Of a DNA stretch of 64,000 nt, positions 48,937-57,622 are shown one piece after another. The notes under the pieces are model-generated. The model saw only the letters and a program-made list of their open reading frames with translations, did not search any database and was not told where the DNA came from. Source of the DNA: Candidatus Harrisonbacteria bacterium (lineage in GTDB: Bacteria; Patescibacteriota; Minisyncoccia; UBA6257; 02-FULL-45-10c); contig JACPTS010000001.1 in NCBI GenBank assembly GCA_016192685.1, positions 458,628 to 522,627 of the forward strand, written 5' to 3'. The stretch's first letter is position 1. Every line of letters begins with the position of its first letter. The translations under genes were made by a program, and so were the position numbers.

Positions 48937-50739
48937 GTGAATCGTACTTCAATGGGATTGATTTTATGGGTTGGCGTTTTTCTGCTGTTATTTAATTTTT
49001 CCAATGCCTTGAGAAAAATTGATCAGCCGGAAAAGGTGTCGGCATCGGAAATCAAAACTCATTTTCTTTCTGGTAAAGTTAAAGGTGTTGTTTTTGAGAT
49101 TGAAACTTTGAATGTCCAATGGGAGGAGCCTGCCAATAATCCGCCGGCAATTAAAAAATTTATTGCTCGAGCTGCCGGACAAGGCCATTTTAATGAATTA
49201 GTGGCTTTAGCCGAAAAAGAGAAAATTCCTTTTGATCCGGCTCCGCCGCCAAATTATTTTTGGCAGTCTTTGCTTAGCAATCTTTTGTGGGTGGTATTGC
49301 TGGTTGTTTTCTGGATTTGGATGATGAAAAAACAAACCGAACAAGTATCCGGCCGAGGAGGGCCGTTCGGTTTCGGCCAATCAAAGGCAAAGTTAATTGC
49401 GCAGAAGGCAGAAAAAACTTTTGCCGATGTGGCAGGCTGTGAAGAAGCTAAGGAAGAAATTAAAGAAATTGTTGATTTTTTAAAAAACCCGTCCGGTTTT
49501 GCTCGTTTAGGAGCCAGGATTCCCAAGGGAGTGCTTTTATACGGCCTTCCGGGAACCGGAAAAACTCTTTTAGCTAAGGCGGTTGCCGGAGAAGCCGGAG
49601 TTCCGTTTTTATCAACTAACGGCTCAAAATTCATTGAAATGTTTGTCGGCGTCGGCGCTTCCAGGGTAAGGGATTTATTTGAAAGCGCGAGAAAATTAGC
49701 TCCTTGCGTGGTGTTTATTGATGAAATTGACGCGGTGGGCAAAAAAAGAGGTTTTGCCATTGGCGGCGGCCATGACGAAAGAGAGCAAACCCTGGATGCT
49801 TTATTGGAAGAATTAGACGGTTTTGATAAAAATTGCGGCATTGTGGTGATGGCGGCGACTAACCGGCCGGATATTCTAGACGAAGCTTTGGTTCGGCCAG
49901 GGAGATTTGACCGCCAAATTATGGTTCCCAAACCGGAATTAACCGGCAGAGAAATGATTTTAAAAATTCACGCCAGAAATGCCGTCCTTGGTCCGGAGGT
50001 TAATTTATTGGAAGTTGCCAAAGATACGGCCGGAATGGTTGGCGCGGACTTGGAAAACGTTGTTAATGAGGCGGTATTGATCGCCACCAGAAAAAAGAAA
50101 GATTATGTTGAGCAGTCGGATTTCAGCGAGGCCGTGGATAAAGTATCCATGGGTCCGGCAAGAAAATCGGTAAAACTTACCGAAAAAGAAAAACAGCGCA
50201 CTGCTTATCACGAAGCCGGCCATACTTTGGCGGCTATGCTTACTGAAGGAGCGGACCCGGTCCACAAAGTCACGATTATACCGCGCGGTCCGGCGCTGGG
50301 TTTTACCAAGCAGTTGCCGGAAGACAGGCATTCTATTACCAAAAAGGAGTTAGAAGCAATGGTGGCGGTTTGCGTTGCCGGACGGGCCGCGGAAGAAGTG
50401 AAATTCGGAGAAATTACCACTGGCCACTCCAATGATTTTGAGAAGGCCACGCTTCTTTTAAAGAAAATGATTTATGAACTTGGCATGGATGAGGAAACGG
50501 GTATGGCGGTTTATAAAGAGAAAGCTGATTTTTGGGGAAATCCCACCGGCCTGGACGCTTCTCAAAAAACTAAGGAGCTTTTAGAAAGGGCAGTAAAAAC
50601 AAAATTAGCTAAGATTTATAATGATGTTAAAGAACTTTTGGTAAGAGAAGTGAATAAGCTTGATAAGTTAGCCGGCCAGCTTATGGAAAAAGAAACATTG
50701 GATGCCAATGAAATTCGGGCTATTATAAATTCCTCCTAA
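48937..50739 (+). CDS. ftsH: ATP-dependent zinc metalloprotease FtsH
   Basis: AAA Walker A GPPGTGKT, second region of homology (SRH), HEAGH zinc site, 2 N-terminal TM segments. Confidence 0.9.
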   Translation: MNRTSMGLILWVGVFLLLFNFSNALRKIDQPEKVSASEIKTHFLSGKVKGVVFEIETLNVQWEEPANNPPAIKKFIARAAGQGHFNELVALAEKEKIPFDPAPPPNYFWQSLLSNLLWVVLLVVFWIWMMKKQTEQVSGRGGPFGFGQSKAKLIAQKAEKTFADVAGCEEAKEEIKEIVDFLKNPSGFARLGARIPKGVLLYGLPGTGKTLLAKAVAGEAGVPFLSTNGSKFIEMFVGVGASRVRDLFESARKLAPCVVFIDEIDAVGKKRGFAIGGGHDEREQTLDALLEELDGFDKNCGIVVMAATNRPDILDEALVRPGRFDRQIMVPKPELTGREMILKIHARNAVLGPEVNLLEVAKDTAGMVGADLENVVNEAVLIATRKKKDYVEQSDFSEAVDKVSMGPARKSVKLTEKEKQRTAYHEAGHTLAAMLTEGADPVHKVTIIPRGPALGFTKQLPEDRHSITKKELEAMVAVCVAGRAAEEVKFGEITTGHSNDFEKATLLLKKMIYELGMDEETGMAVYKEKADFWGNPTGLDASQKTKELLERAVKTKLAKIYNDVKELLVREVNKLDKLAGQLMEKETLDANEIRAIINSS

Positions 50740-50767
50740 CGGAGGAATTTTTGTTATAATAAATCCG

Positions 50768-52945
50768 ATGTATCTTAAACATTTGGAATTGATAGGTTTT
50801 AAATCTTTTGCCCCTAAAACCATTTTGGATTTTCCGGCGGGCATTATCGGAATCGTCGGTCCCAACGGCAGCGGCAAAAGCAATATTATTGACGCAGTTC
50901 GCTGGATTTTAGGCGAACGGGAAGCCAAGAATCTTCGCGGCGGAAAAGCCGAAGATTTAATTTTTGCCGGCACTCCCAAGAGGCCGCGGATGGGCATGGC
51001 GCAGGTGACGCTTACTTTTGATAATGCCTCCGGATTTTTCCCGGTGGATTACAAAGAAGTTTCTATTCAACGCCGGATTGAGCGGGACGGTAATTCCCAT
51101 TATTTTTTGAATAAAGCTGAAGTCCGCTTGCGGGATATTATTGATTTTTTCGCGAAAGTCCGGCTCGGCACCCGCGGGCTTTCTATCATTAACCAGGGTT
51201 CCAGCGATTTATTTGTCCGGGCTGCTCCGGAAGAGCGGCGGGCGATGATTGAAGAAATTTTAGGTTTGCGGCAATACCAATTAAAAAAGCATGAAGCTGA
51301 CCGGAAATTAAAAAACACCCGGATTAACATTGAAAAAGTGCGGGCGATGATTGAGGAGGTGGCGCCCCACCTTAGGTTTTTAAAGCGGCAGACCGCCAAA
51401 TGGGGAAAGCTTTCCGATTTGGAAAAAGAAATAAAAGACCTGGAAAATATTTATTTTGCCCATAAATTGAAAGAAATTCGGGAGGGCGTTGAGAGATTGG
51501 ATCCCCAGATTAAAAAATTAGACAGCGAAATCGGCGGCAAACAAAATCAACTGCGGGTTTTGAAAATGGTCGTGGAAAAAATTGAAGCCGGAAAGCCGGG
51601 AAAAAATTCCGGCGGTGAATTGCGGAAAAAGCGGGAAGTTTTGCTCCAGGAACGTTCGGAGATTGAAAGGGAAGTCGGCAAATTGGAAGCGAAAATTGAA
51701 TTTTTGAATTCGGTAGCGGCCAGCGAAAATTTAGACCTGCGCTCCGGCGAACTTTTAACGGTTTTGGAAGAAGTAAAAGACAGTCTGGAAAAGCTGATGC
51801 AAGAAAAGAATTTAGAAAAGGTTCATTCGGATTTGCGGGCGCTGCTGGAGAAAGTGGCCGGCGTTACTGACCGGTCTTCAAAAAAGAAAAACGAAATTGC
51901 TGATTTAAAATCAGTCAAAGATGCTTTGTTAAAAAAGCTGGTTCCGATCCGGGACGAACTATCCGCTTTAACCTCTAAGGAAGAAGCCTCGGCAAAAGAA
52001 TTTGAAGAGTTTAACGACCAATTCCGCGGCGCTTTTGAAAAAATGGAAATTAAGAAAGAAGAAATTTCCGGATTAGACAAAGAAAAAAATAAGCTGCTTT
52101 TTGATTTAGAGCGATTTAATCTTAGAAAACAGGATTTGGAAATGCAGATAAATCAGATTGGCAGAAAGTTGGACGAGTTTATAAGTCCAATAAGTCCTAT
52201 AGGTCTTATAGACGATTTACCGGCGCTGGAAAGGAAGATGCTTAGGCTTCGTTCGGAAATCGCCGGGATTGGGGAGGTGGACCAGGCTTTAATTAAAGAG
52301 GCCGAGGAAACCGAAACCCGCCATAATTTTTTGGCTGGCCAGCTGGCGGATTTGGAAAAAGCGGCCACCGACCTGGAACAGCTGATTCAAGAGTTGGAAG
52401 AAAAAATTGATAATGAATTCCAGCAATCTTTCAGGAAAATCAATACGGAATTTGATAAATTTTTTAATTTGATGTTCGGCGGCGGCAAAGCGAAATTGGT
52501 TTTAGAAAAGCCTGAGCCGAAAGTCCAGGCGGCGGTGGAGGGGGTAACGGATCCGGAAATGAAAGAGCATCGGAAGGAAACCGAAGATTTGGAAACCGAG
52601 GAATTAAAGCAAACCGGAATTGAAATTGATTTAAGCTTGCCGCGGAAACGGATTCATGGATTGGATATGCTCTCCGGCGGCGAAAAAAGTTTGGTTTCCA
52701 TTGCGGCCCTTTTTGCCTTGATTTCGGTCAGCCCGCCGCCGTTTTTGGTACTGGATGAAGTGGACGCGGCTTTGGATGAAAAAAATACCAAGCGGTTTGC
52801 CGATATTGTCCGGGATTTTTCAAAAAAAACCCAGTTTTTAATTGTCACCCATAACCGCGCCACCATGGAAGCCGCTAATATTCTTTACGGCGTCACGATG
52901 GAAGAAGACGGAGTATCTAAAGTTTTATCATTAAAGCTTGAATAG
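50768..52945 (+). CDS. smc: SMC-family chromosome partition ATPase (short, 725 aa)
   Basis: N-terminal Walker A GPNGSGKSN, C-terminal signature LSGGEKSL and Walker B LVLDEVDAALD; coiled-coil middle, shorter than canonical SMC. Confidence 0.6.
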   Translation: MYLKHLELIGFKSFAPKTILDFPAGIIGIVGPNGSGKSNIIDAVRWILGEREAKNLRGGKAEDLIFAGTPKRPRMGMAQVTLTFDNASGFFPVDYKEVSIQRRIERDGNSHYFLNKAEVRLRDIIDFFAKVRLGTRGLSIINQGSSDLFVRAAPEERRAMIEEILGLRQYQLKKHEADRKLKNTRINIEKVRAMIEEVAPHLRFLKRQTAKWGKLSDLEKEIKDLENIYFAHKLKEIREGVERLDPQIKKLDSEIGGKQNQLRVLKMVVEKIEAGKPGKNSGGELRKKREVLLQERSEIEREVGKLEAKIEFLNSVAASENLDLRSGELLTVLEEVKDSLEKLMQEKNLEKVHSDLRALLEKVAGVTDRSSKKKNEIADLKSVKDALLKKLVPIRDELSALTSKEEASAKEFEEFNDQFRGAFEKMEIKKEEISGLDKEKNKLLFDLERFNLRKQDLEMQINQIGRKLDEFISPISPIGLIDDLPALERKMLRLRSEIAGIGEVDQALIKEAEETETRHNFLAGQLADLEKAATDLEQLIQELEEKIDNEFQQSFRKINTEFDKFFNLMFGGGKAKLVLEKPEPKVQAAVEGVTDPEMKEHRKETEDLETEELKQTGIEIDLSLPRKRIHGLDMLSGGEKSLVSIAALFALISVSPPPFLVLDEVDAALDEKNTKRFADIVRDFSKKTQFLIVTHNRATMEAANILYGVTMEEDGVSKVLSLKLE

Positions 52946-52994
52946 AGGATGCTTGACACTAAAAGCTAAAACCTATAAGCTAAAAGCTACTTTT

Positions 52995-53333
52995 ATGTTA
53001 ATGATTCGTCTCCAGCGCCGAGGGAAAAAGCACCAAGCGGCTTATCGCGTGGTGGTCGGCGAGAAAAGATCTAAATTGCTCGGCAAGCAGACCGATGATT
53101 TGGGCTGGTATGATCCGCATTCTGCCAAATTGGATTTGAATAAAGACCGCCTTCAACACTGGCTTTCCGCGGGAGCCAAAATGAGTGATACCGTGAATAA
53201 TCTTTTAGTTAGTGCTGGTATGGTTCCGGGTAAAAAAATTGCAGTTCATAAAAAAGCGCAAATTTCCGGCGGCCAAAAATCTGAAGCAGCTCCAGCAGTT
53301 GCTGAAACTCCAAAAACTGAAACGTCAAAATAG
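52995..53333 (+). CDS. rpsP: 30S ribosomal protein S16 with Lys/Ala-rich C-terminal extension
   Basis: MLMIRLQRRGKKHQAAYRVVV S16 N-terminus; ORF track start 52938 is probably too far upstream. Confidence 0.75.
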   Translation: MLMIRLQRRGKKHQAAYRVVVGEKRSKLLGKQTDDLGWYDPHSAKLDLNKDRLQHWLSAGAKMSDTVNNLLVSAGMVPGKKIAVHKKAQISGGQKSEAAPAVAETPKTETSK

Positions 53334-53336
53334 GAT

Positions 53337-53365
53337 TTGACAAATATTTTATTATCTGATATATT
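53337..53365 (+). promoter_or_regulatory. Candidate sigma70 promoter (TTGACA, 17 nt, TATATT)
   Basis: Upstream of the KH-domain gene. Confidence 0.3.
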
Positions 53366-53414
53366 ATTATAAATTAGCTCAAAGGTCGGTAAAGGTAAGT
53401 AAATAAAATCAAGA

Positions 53415-53747
53415 ATGTTCGGAAAAGCTAAAGATAAAGATATGGCACAGAAACCACATGATCAGGAATTTCTGGAATATCTCGTCAAGTCTATTGTTGA
53501 GAATCCAGATAAAGTAGAAGTTGACCGTAAGGTAGACGAAATGGGAGTTCTGCTTTCTTTGAAAGTGGACCCGAAAGATATGGGTCTGGTTGTCGGAAGA
53601 CAAGGTTCCACGGCCAAGGCCATCCGCTCGCTTTTGAGAATCGTCGGCGTTCGGAATAACGCCCGCGTTAATCTCAAGATTGAAGAGCCGGAAGGTTCTA
53701 CCCGCGGTCCGCGCATGGAGCGCGGAGACAGAGATATGAATCTCTAA
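53415..53747 (+). CDS. KH-domain RNA-binding protein (YlqC/UPF0109-like)
   Basis: GxxG-containing KH fold VGRQGSTAKAIRSLLR; sits in the rpsP-KH-trmD conserved neighbourhood. Confidence 0.65.
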   Translation: MFGKAKDKDMAQKPHDQEFLEYLVKSIVENPDKVEVDRKVDEMGVLLSLKVDPKDMGLVVGRQGSTAKAIRSLLRIVGVRNNARVNLKIEEPEGSTRGPRMERGDRDMNL

Positions 53748-53759
53748 AAGTATTTCGCT

Positions 53760-53784
53760 AAAATCCCCCAAAGCGGGGGATTTT
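53760..53784 (+). terminator. Intrinsic terminator
   Basis: aaaatccccc aaag cgggggatttt. Confidence 0.6.
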
Positions 53785-53828
53785 AGTTTATAATAAGTCT
53801 TATAGACTTATCGGACTTATTTAATTTT

Positions 53829-54488
53829 ATGCGTTTTGATATAATAACAATTTTCCCGAAAATTTTAGATTCTTATTTCAGCGAATCACTTTTAAAAAAA
53901 GCCCAAGATAAGGGTTTAATTAAAATTCAAATTCATAATCTTAGAGATTTCACCGGCGATAAACATCATAAGGTTGACGATACGCCGTATGGCGGCGGGC
54001 CTGGGATGGTATTAAAAGCTGAACCGGTTTATAAGGCGGTTCAAGCTATAAAGTTAAAAGTTAAAAGTTCTAAGTTAAAAGTTAGGACAATTTTATTGTC
54101 CTTGCGCGGCAAAAAGTTTGACCAGAAAGAAGCGCATCGTTTGGCAAAATACGGCCAATTGGTTTTTATTTGCGGCCGTTATGAGGGCGTGGATGAGCGG
54201 GTGGCAAAATATGTGGCGGATGAGGAGCTGTCAATCGGTGATTATGTGCTTTCCGGCGGCGAATTGCCGGCTGCGATTGTGATTGAAGCAGTGAGCCGGC
54301 TTATTCCCGGCATGCTTGGAAAATCCGAGTCTTTGGAGGAGCGCAAGGGAACTTATCCGGTTTATACCAAGCCGGAAAGAATAGAGTTGAAAGTGAAAAG
54401 TGGAAAGTTAAAAGTATTTAAAGTTCCGCCAATTTTGTTATCCGGAGACCATAAAAAAATTGAAGAATGGAGGGAGAAAAATTCTTAG
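53829..54488 (+). CDS. trmD: tRNA (guanine37-N1)-methyltransferase
   Basis: MRFDIITIFP N-terminus, SPOUT knot region GRYEGVDERV; carries two AAGTT-repeat insertions. Confidence 0.85.
   Translation: MRFDIITIFPKILDSYFSESLLKKAQDKGLIKIQIHNLRDFTGDKHHKVDDTPYGGGPGMVLKAEPVYKAVQAIKLKVKSSKLKVRTILLSLRGKKFDQKEAHRLAKYGQLVFICGRYEGVDERVAKYVADEELSIGDYVLSGGELPAAIVIEAVSRLIPGMLGKSESLEERKGTYPVYTKPERIELKVKSGKLKVFKVPPILLSGDHKKIEEWREKNS
54051..54083 (+). repeat. AAGTT-periodic in-frame insertion in trmD coding KLKVKSSKLKV
   Basis: aagttaaaagttaaaagttctaagttaaaagtt. Confidence 0.5.
54386..54425 (+). repeat. Second AAGTT-periodic insertion in trmD coding ELKVKSGKLKVFKV
   Basis: gttgaaagtgaaaagtggaaagttaaaagtatttaaagtt. 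Confidence 0.5.
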
Positions 54489-54531
54489 GGGCTTGCGGTA
54501 ATTACTAAGTTTATATATAATGTAACTCTAT

Positions 54532-55296
54532 ATGGAAGATTTATTGACTAGGGAAGAATTAAATAATAATCCGGATAACTTGCCGGTTCTGGAAGAAATG
54601 ATGAAGGCCGGTTTGTTTGTCGGCCGCAGGAGTTCTAAAACTCATCCGAAAATGCGGGGTTTTATTTTAGGCATCCGGAATAAATCTTCGTTAATTGATT
54701 TGGAAGAGACTTTGAAAATGCTGGAAAAAGCAATGGAATTTATAAAAACTAAAGCCGCGGAAAAAGAAGGGAATATTTTATTAGTCGGTACCGCGCCGGT
54801 GGCTAAAAACTCCGTTGAAAAAACCGCCAAACAGCTGGATTTGCCTTTTGTAACGGAGCGTTGGCTGGGCGGGACTTTGACTAATTTTAAGACTTTGTCA
54901 AAAAGGATTGTTTATTTCAAAAAATTAAAAAGCGATAAAGAGGCGGGACGGCTGGATAAATATACCAAAAAAGAACGTTTGGATATTGACCGTCAAATTC
55001 AAAAAATGACCACGATGTTTAGCGGCGTGGAGAAAATGGAATCTTTGCCGGCGGCGCTTTTCGTGGCTGACGTTAATGCGCATTTGACTGCGGTCAGGGA
55101 AGCGAGGCGTTTGAAAATCCCCATTGTCGGGATTATGAATACCGATACTGACCCGGAATTAGTAGACTATCCGATTCTTGCCAATGATCGCAGTAAAGTC
55201 AGCATTGATTGGATTTTAGCGCGTCTGGAAAAGGCGGTGGAAGAAGGACGGGCGCTGGCAAGAGAAGCGGGAAAAGCCGAAGATAAAAAAAGTTAA
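54532..55296 (+). CDS. rpsB: 30S ribosomal protein S2
   Basis: 254 aa with conserved S2 regions; rpsB-tsf order. Confidence 0.85.
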   Translation: MEDLLTREELNNNPDNLPVLEEMMKAGLFVGRRSSKTHPKMRGFILGIRNKSSLIDLEETLKMLEKAMEFIKTKAAEKEGNILLVGTAPVAKNSVEKTAKQLDLPFVTERWLGGTLTNFKTLSKRIVYFKKLKSDKEAGRLDKYTKKERLDIDRQIQKMTTMFSGVEKMESLPAALFVADVNAHLTAVREARRLKIPIVGIMNTDTDPELVDYPILANDRSKVSIDWILARLEKAVEEGRALAREAGKAEDKKS

Positions 55297-55298
55297 TC

Positions 55299-55739
55299 GT
55301 GACTACTGTTATCCAAAAATTAAGGGAGGAAACCGGCGCCGGAGTGATGGATTGCAAGCGGGCTTTGGAGGAAGCCGGCGGAGATTTTAATTTAGCGAAA
55401 CAACTTATTGAAAAACAGGGGCTGGTGAAAGCGGCCAAAAAAGCCGAGCGGGCCACTGGCGCTGGCCTTTTAGAGGCTTATGTGCATAACGGCCGGGTCG
55501 GAGTTTTGCTGGAGCTTCGTTCCGAAACTGATTTTGTTGCTCACTCGGAGCCTGTTAAAGCGTTAGCCCATAATTTGGCGCTTCACGTTGCGGCTATGGC
55601 TCCGGAGACGGTTGATGATTTATTAAAACAGCCGTATGCGAGGGATGAGGCAAAAACCGTAGAGGAAGTAATTAAGGGAACGATTGCTATAGTTGGTGAG
55701 AATTTAAAGGTGGCCAGATTTTCCCGATATCAGATATAA
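55299..55739 (+). CDS. tsf: Elongation factor Ts (short form)
   Basis: N-terminal UBA-like IQKLREETGAGVMDCKRALEEAGGD; 146 aa. Confidence 0.8.
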   Translation: MTTVIQKLREETGAGVMDCKRALEEAGGDFNLAKQLIEKQGLVKAAKKAERATGAGLLEAYVHNGRVGVLLELRSETDFVAHSEPVKALAHNLALHVAAMAPETVDDLLKQPYARDEAKTVEEVIKGTIAIVGENLKVARFSRYQI

Positions 55740-55753
55740 GATATAATAGAATC

Positions 55754-56080
55754 GTGTACAACTTTATCCTTCAAACCATTGTAATGTTGAGCCTCGGCGC
55801 CTTGATTTATCTGGTGGCGCGGGCTGTACCGCGAGTTTCCGAAACCGAGATTAAAACTTTCTCTCCCGGTGATTCTCTTGATCGGTGGATTAAAAAGTTG
55901 CCGCTGGAAAAAATGGACGCTTGGTTAAGCAGCCAATTGGAAAAATTCTTGCGGAAATTTAAAGTAGCGGTTTTGAAATTAGATAATCTTTTAACTAAGC
56001 ATCTTTCTAATTTAAAATCCGTCGCTACCGAAGAAAAACCAACCTTATTTGAAAAAAAAGAGGACAATGATATAAAGTAA
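55754..56080 (+). CDS. Hypothetical small membrane protein
   Basis: N-terminal TM segment, 108 aa. Confidence 0.35.
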   Translation: MYNFILQTIVMLSLGALIYLVARAVPRVSETEIKTFSPGDSLDRWIKKLPLEKMDAWLSSQLEKFLRKFKVAVLKLDNLLTKHLSNLKSVATEEKPTLFEKKEDNDIK

Positions 56081-56092
56081 AAAGTAGAATCT

Positions 56093-56179
56093 GGGCAGAT
56101 ACCAAAGCGGTCAAATGGGACTGGCTGTAGACCAGTTGGCTTTACGCCTTCGGGGGTTCGAATCCCTCTCTGCCCACCA
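56093..56179 (+). tRNA. tRNA-Tyr(GUA), long variable arm, CCA encoded
   Basis: gggcaga ta cca aagcggtcaaa tgg g actgg ctgtaga ccagt + variable arm + ggggg ttcgaat ccctc tctgccc a cca. Confidence 0.8.
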
Positions 56180-56240
56180 TTGAAATATAAAATTATCTTT
56201 GATAAGCTATTTTTAGCGTTAACCTTAAAAACCGAATAAG

Positions 56241-56486
56241 ATGACTCGTAATGAACTTATCTTAAAGATTCAAGCGGCTTCCAAAGAGGATGATAAAGAG
56301 TTTCAGGAAATTATCGCCACCCTGCTTGATCAAGGTTTTTTGACAGAAACAGATTTATGCCGAGAGATTGGTGCTTCAAAACCAACTATTCGCAGATGGA
56401 AAGAAGGAAAAAGTTCTCCGCTTCCGTTGATGCGACTACATCTTTTCAAACGATTGATTAAAAAACTTCAAGAAAACGACCTTTAA
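56241..56486 (+). CDS. Hypothetical protein, possible HTH DNA-binding
   Basis: 81 aa; segment TDLCREIGASKPTIRRWKEG is helix-turn-helix-like. Confidence 0.3.
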   Translation: MTRNELILKIQAASKEDDKEFQEIIATLLDQGFLTETDLCREIGASKPTIRRWKEGKSSPLPLMRLHLFKRLIKKLQENDL

Positions 56487-56527
56487 AATAACTTGCGTCA
56501 GCAAGTTATTTTTAATATTCTAAGTTT

Positions 56528-56860
56528 ATGCCTTATATTGCCCCAAAAGACAGAAAAAAGATTGACCCGCTGATTGATAAATTGGCTGGCGCGATTGTAA
56601 AAGAAGCCAAAGAATCTAAATATGACGCCGCTTTTGCCGGTTTATTGAATTACACTTGCACTCGTTTAGCTTTGAAAGTCACCCGGGCTTTGTTCGGTAA
56701 AATGCGCTACTGGATTATTGCCACGGTTATCGGAACTTTTAACAATATCGCGGACGAATTTTACCGCCGGATCGGCCTTCCTTATGAAAATAAACAAATG
56801 AAAAAGAGCGGCGATGTTGATCTTTACGAGGAATATCAAAAGGAAATAGAGTTAGATTAA
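56528..56860 (+). CDS. Hypothetical protein
   Basis: 110 aa, no motif. Confidence 0.3.
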   Translation: MPYIAPKDRKKIDPLIDKLAGAIVKEAKESKYDAAFAGLLNYTCTRLALKVTRALFGKMRYWIIATVIGTFNNIADEFYRRIGLPYENKQMKKSGDVDLYEEYQKEIELD

Positions 56861-56869
56861 TTTTTGTAA

Positions 56870-56940
56870 GCCTCCTTAGCTTAGTGGCAAAGCAACGGTT
56901 TTGTAAACCGTAGACGTCAGTTCGATTCTGACAGGAGGCT
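56870..56940 (+). tRNA. tRNA-Thr(UGU)
   Basis: gcctcct ta gctt agtggca aagc a acggt tttgtaa accgt agac gtcag ttcgatt ctgac aggaggc t. Confidence 0.8.
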
Positions 56941-56988
56941 CAATTTGAAAAATATTTCTAAGACAGTTATAATTAATAACAGATTTTT

Positions 56989-57277
56989 GCCGATGTAGCT
57001 CAGTGGTAGAGCAACTCCATGGTGGGTCGCAAGATCCTGGGAAGTCAGACTTCCATCCGCCCATTCGCCGAGTAATTGGTGAATGAATCCCGAATAACGG
57101 TTAAAAACCAAGTCAAACTTGGCTAAGACCGTGGCCGCCGTAGGCGGCCCGAACGACTGACAAGGGGCTCCGGTAATTTCGGAGTAAGATACAGTCTAGT
57201 CCTCTTATAATCCCTTATTGGAGAAATAGAGGTGTAAGCGAAGGAGTAGGTCGTCGGTTCAATCCCGACCATCGGCT
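56989..57277 (+). tRNA. tRNA-Thr(GGU) interrupted by a ~217-nt group I intron (exons 56989-57023 and 57241-57277)
   Basis: 5' exon gccgatg ta gctc agtggta gagc a actcc atggt; 3' exon aa ggagt aggtc gtcgg ttcaatc ccgac catcggc t. Exons restore perfect acceptor and anticodon stems. Intron has gactg...cagtc P7-like pairing and a ...AAGATACAGTCTAGTCC segment; omega-G at 57240. Confidence 0.6.
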
Positions 57278-57321
57278 CAAATTTGATTTTTGAGTCAATA
57301 TAAAGTAAAATAAATTACTAT

Positions 57322-57492
57322 ATGAGCGAGTCAAAGTTTTCTAAAAACTTAATCAAGCTTCGGTGCGAAGTCTGCAAGATGGTTAATTATTATACCCGCA
57401 AGAATAAAAAGAAAGTGGAACGGAAGATTGAAACCAGCAAATTCTGCAAACATTGCCGGAGGCACACTAAACATAAAGAAGCCAAAAAATAA
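57322..57492 (+). CDS. rpmG: 50S ribosomal protein L33
   Basis: 56 aa [30 protein letters not shown]...[12 protein letters not shown], four-Cys zinc ribbon; not in the ORF track. Confidence 0.8.
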   Translation: MSESKFSKNLIKLRCEVCKMVNYYTRKNKKKVERKIETSKFCKHCRRHTKHKEAKK

Positions 57493-57523
57493 TCGAGCAC
57501 ATAAACTTGTTATGTGCTCGATT
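57491..57523 (+). terminator. Intrinsic terminator built on the GAGCACATAA-family palindrome
   Basis: aatcgagcacataa acttg ttatgtgctcgatt followed by atttttt. Confidence 0.65.
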
Positions 57524-57551
57524 ATTTTTTAGTATTAGAATATTCCTATAA

Positions 57552-57622
57552 GGGGGCGTCGTATAATGGTAGTACAGCGGTCTCCAAAACCGTTAGTCAG
57601 GGTTCGATTCCTTGCGCCCCCG
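57552..57622 (+). tRNA. tRNA-Trp(CCA)
   Basis: gggggcg tc gtat aatggta gtac a gcggt ctccaaa accgt tagt caggg ttcgatt ccttg cgccccc g. Confidence 0.8.

Noticed and set aside
56876-57111. Minus-strand ORFs 56876..57064 and 56917..57111
   Set aside because: They overlap tRNA-Thr(UGU) and the intron-containing tRNA-Thr(GGU); I consider them spurious.
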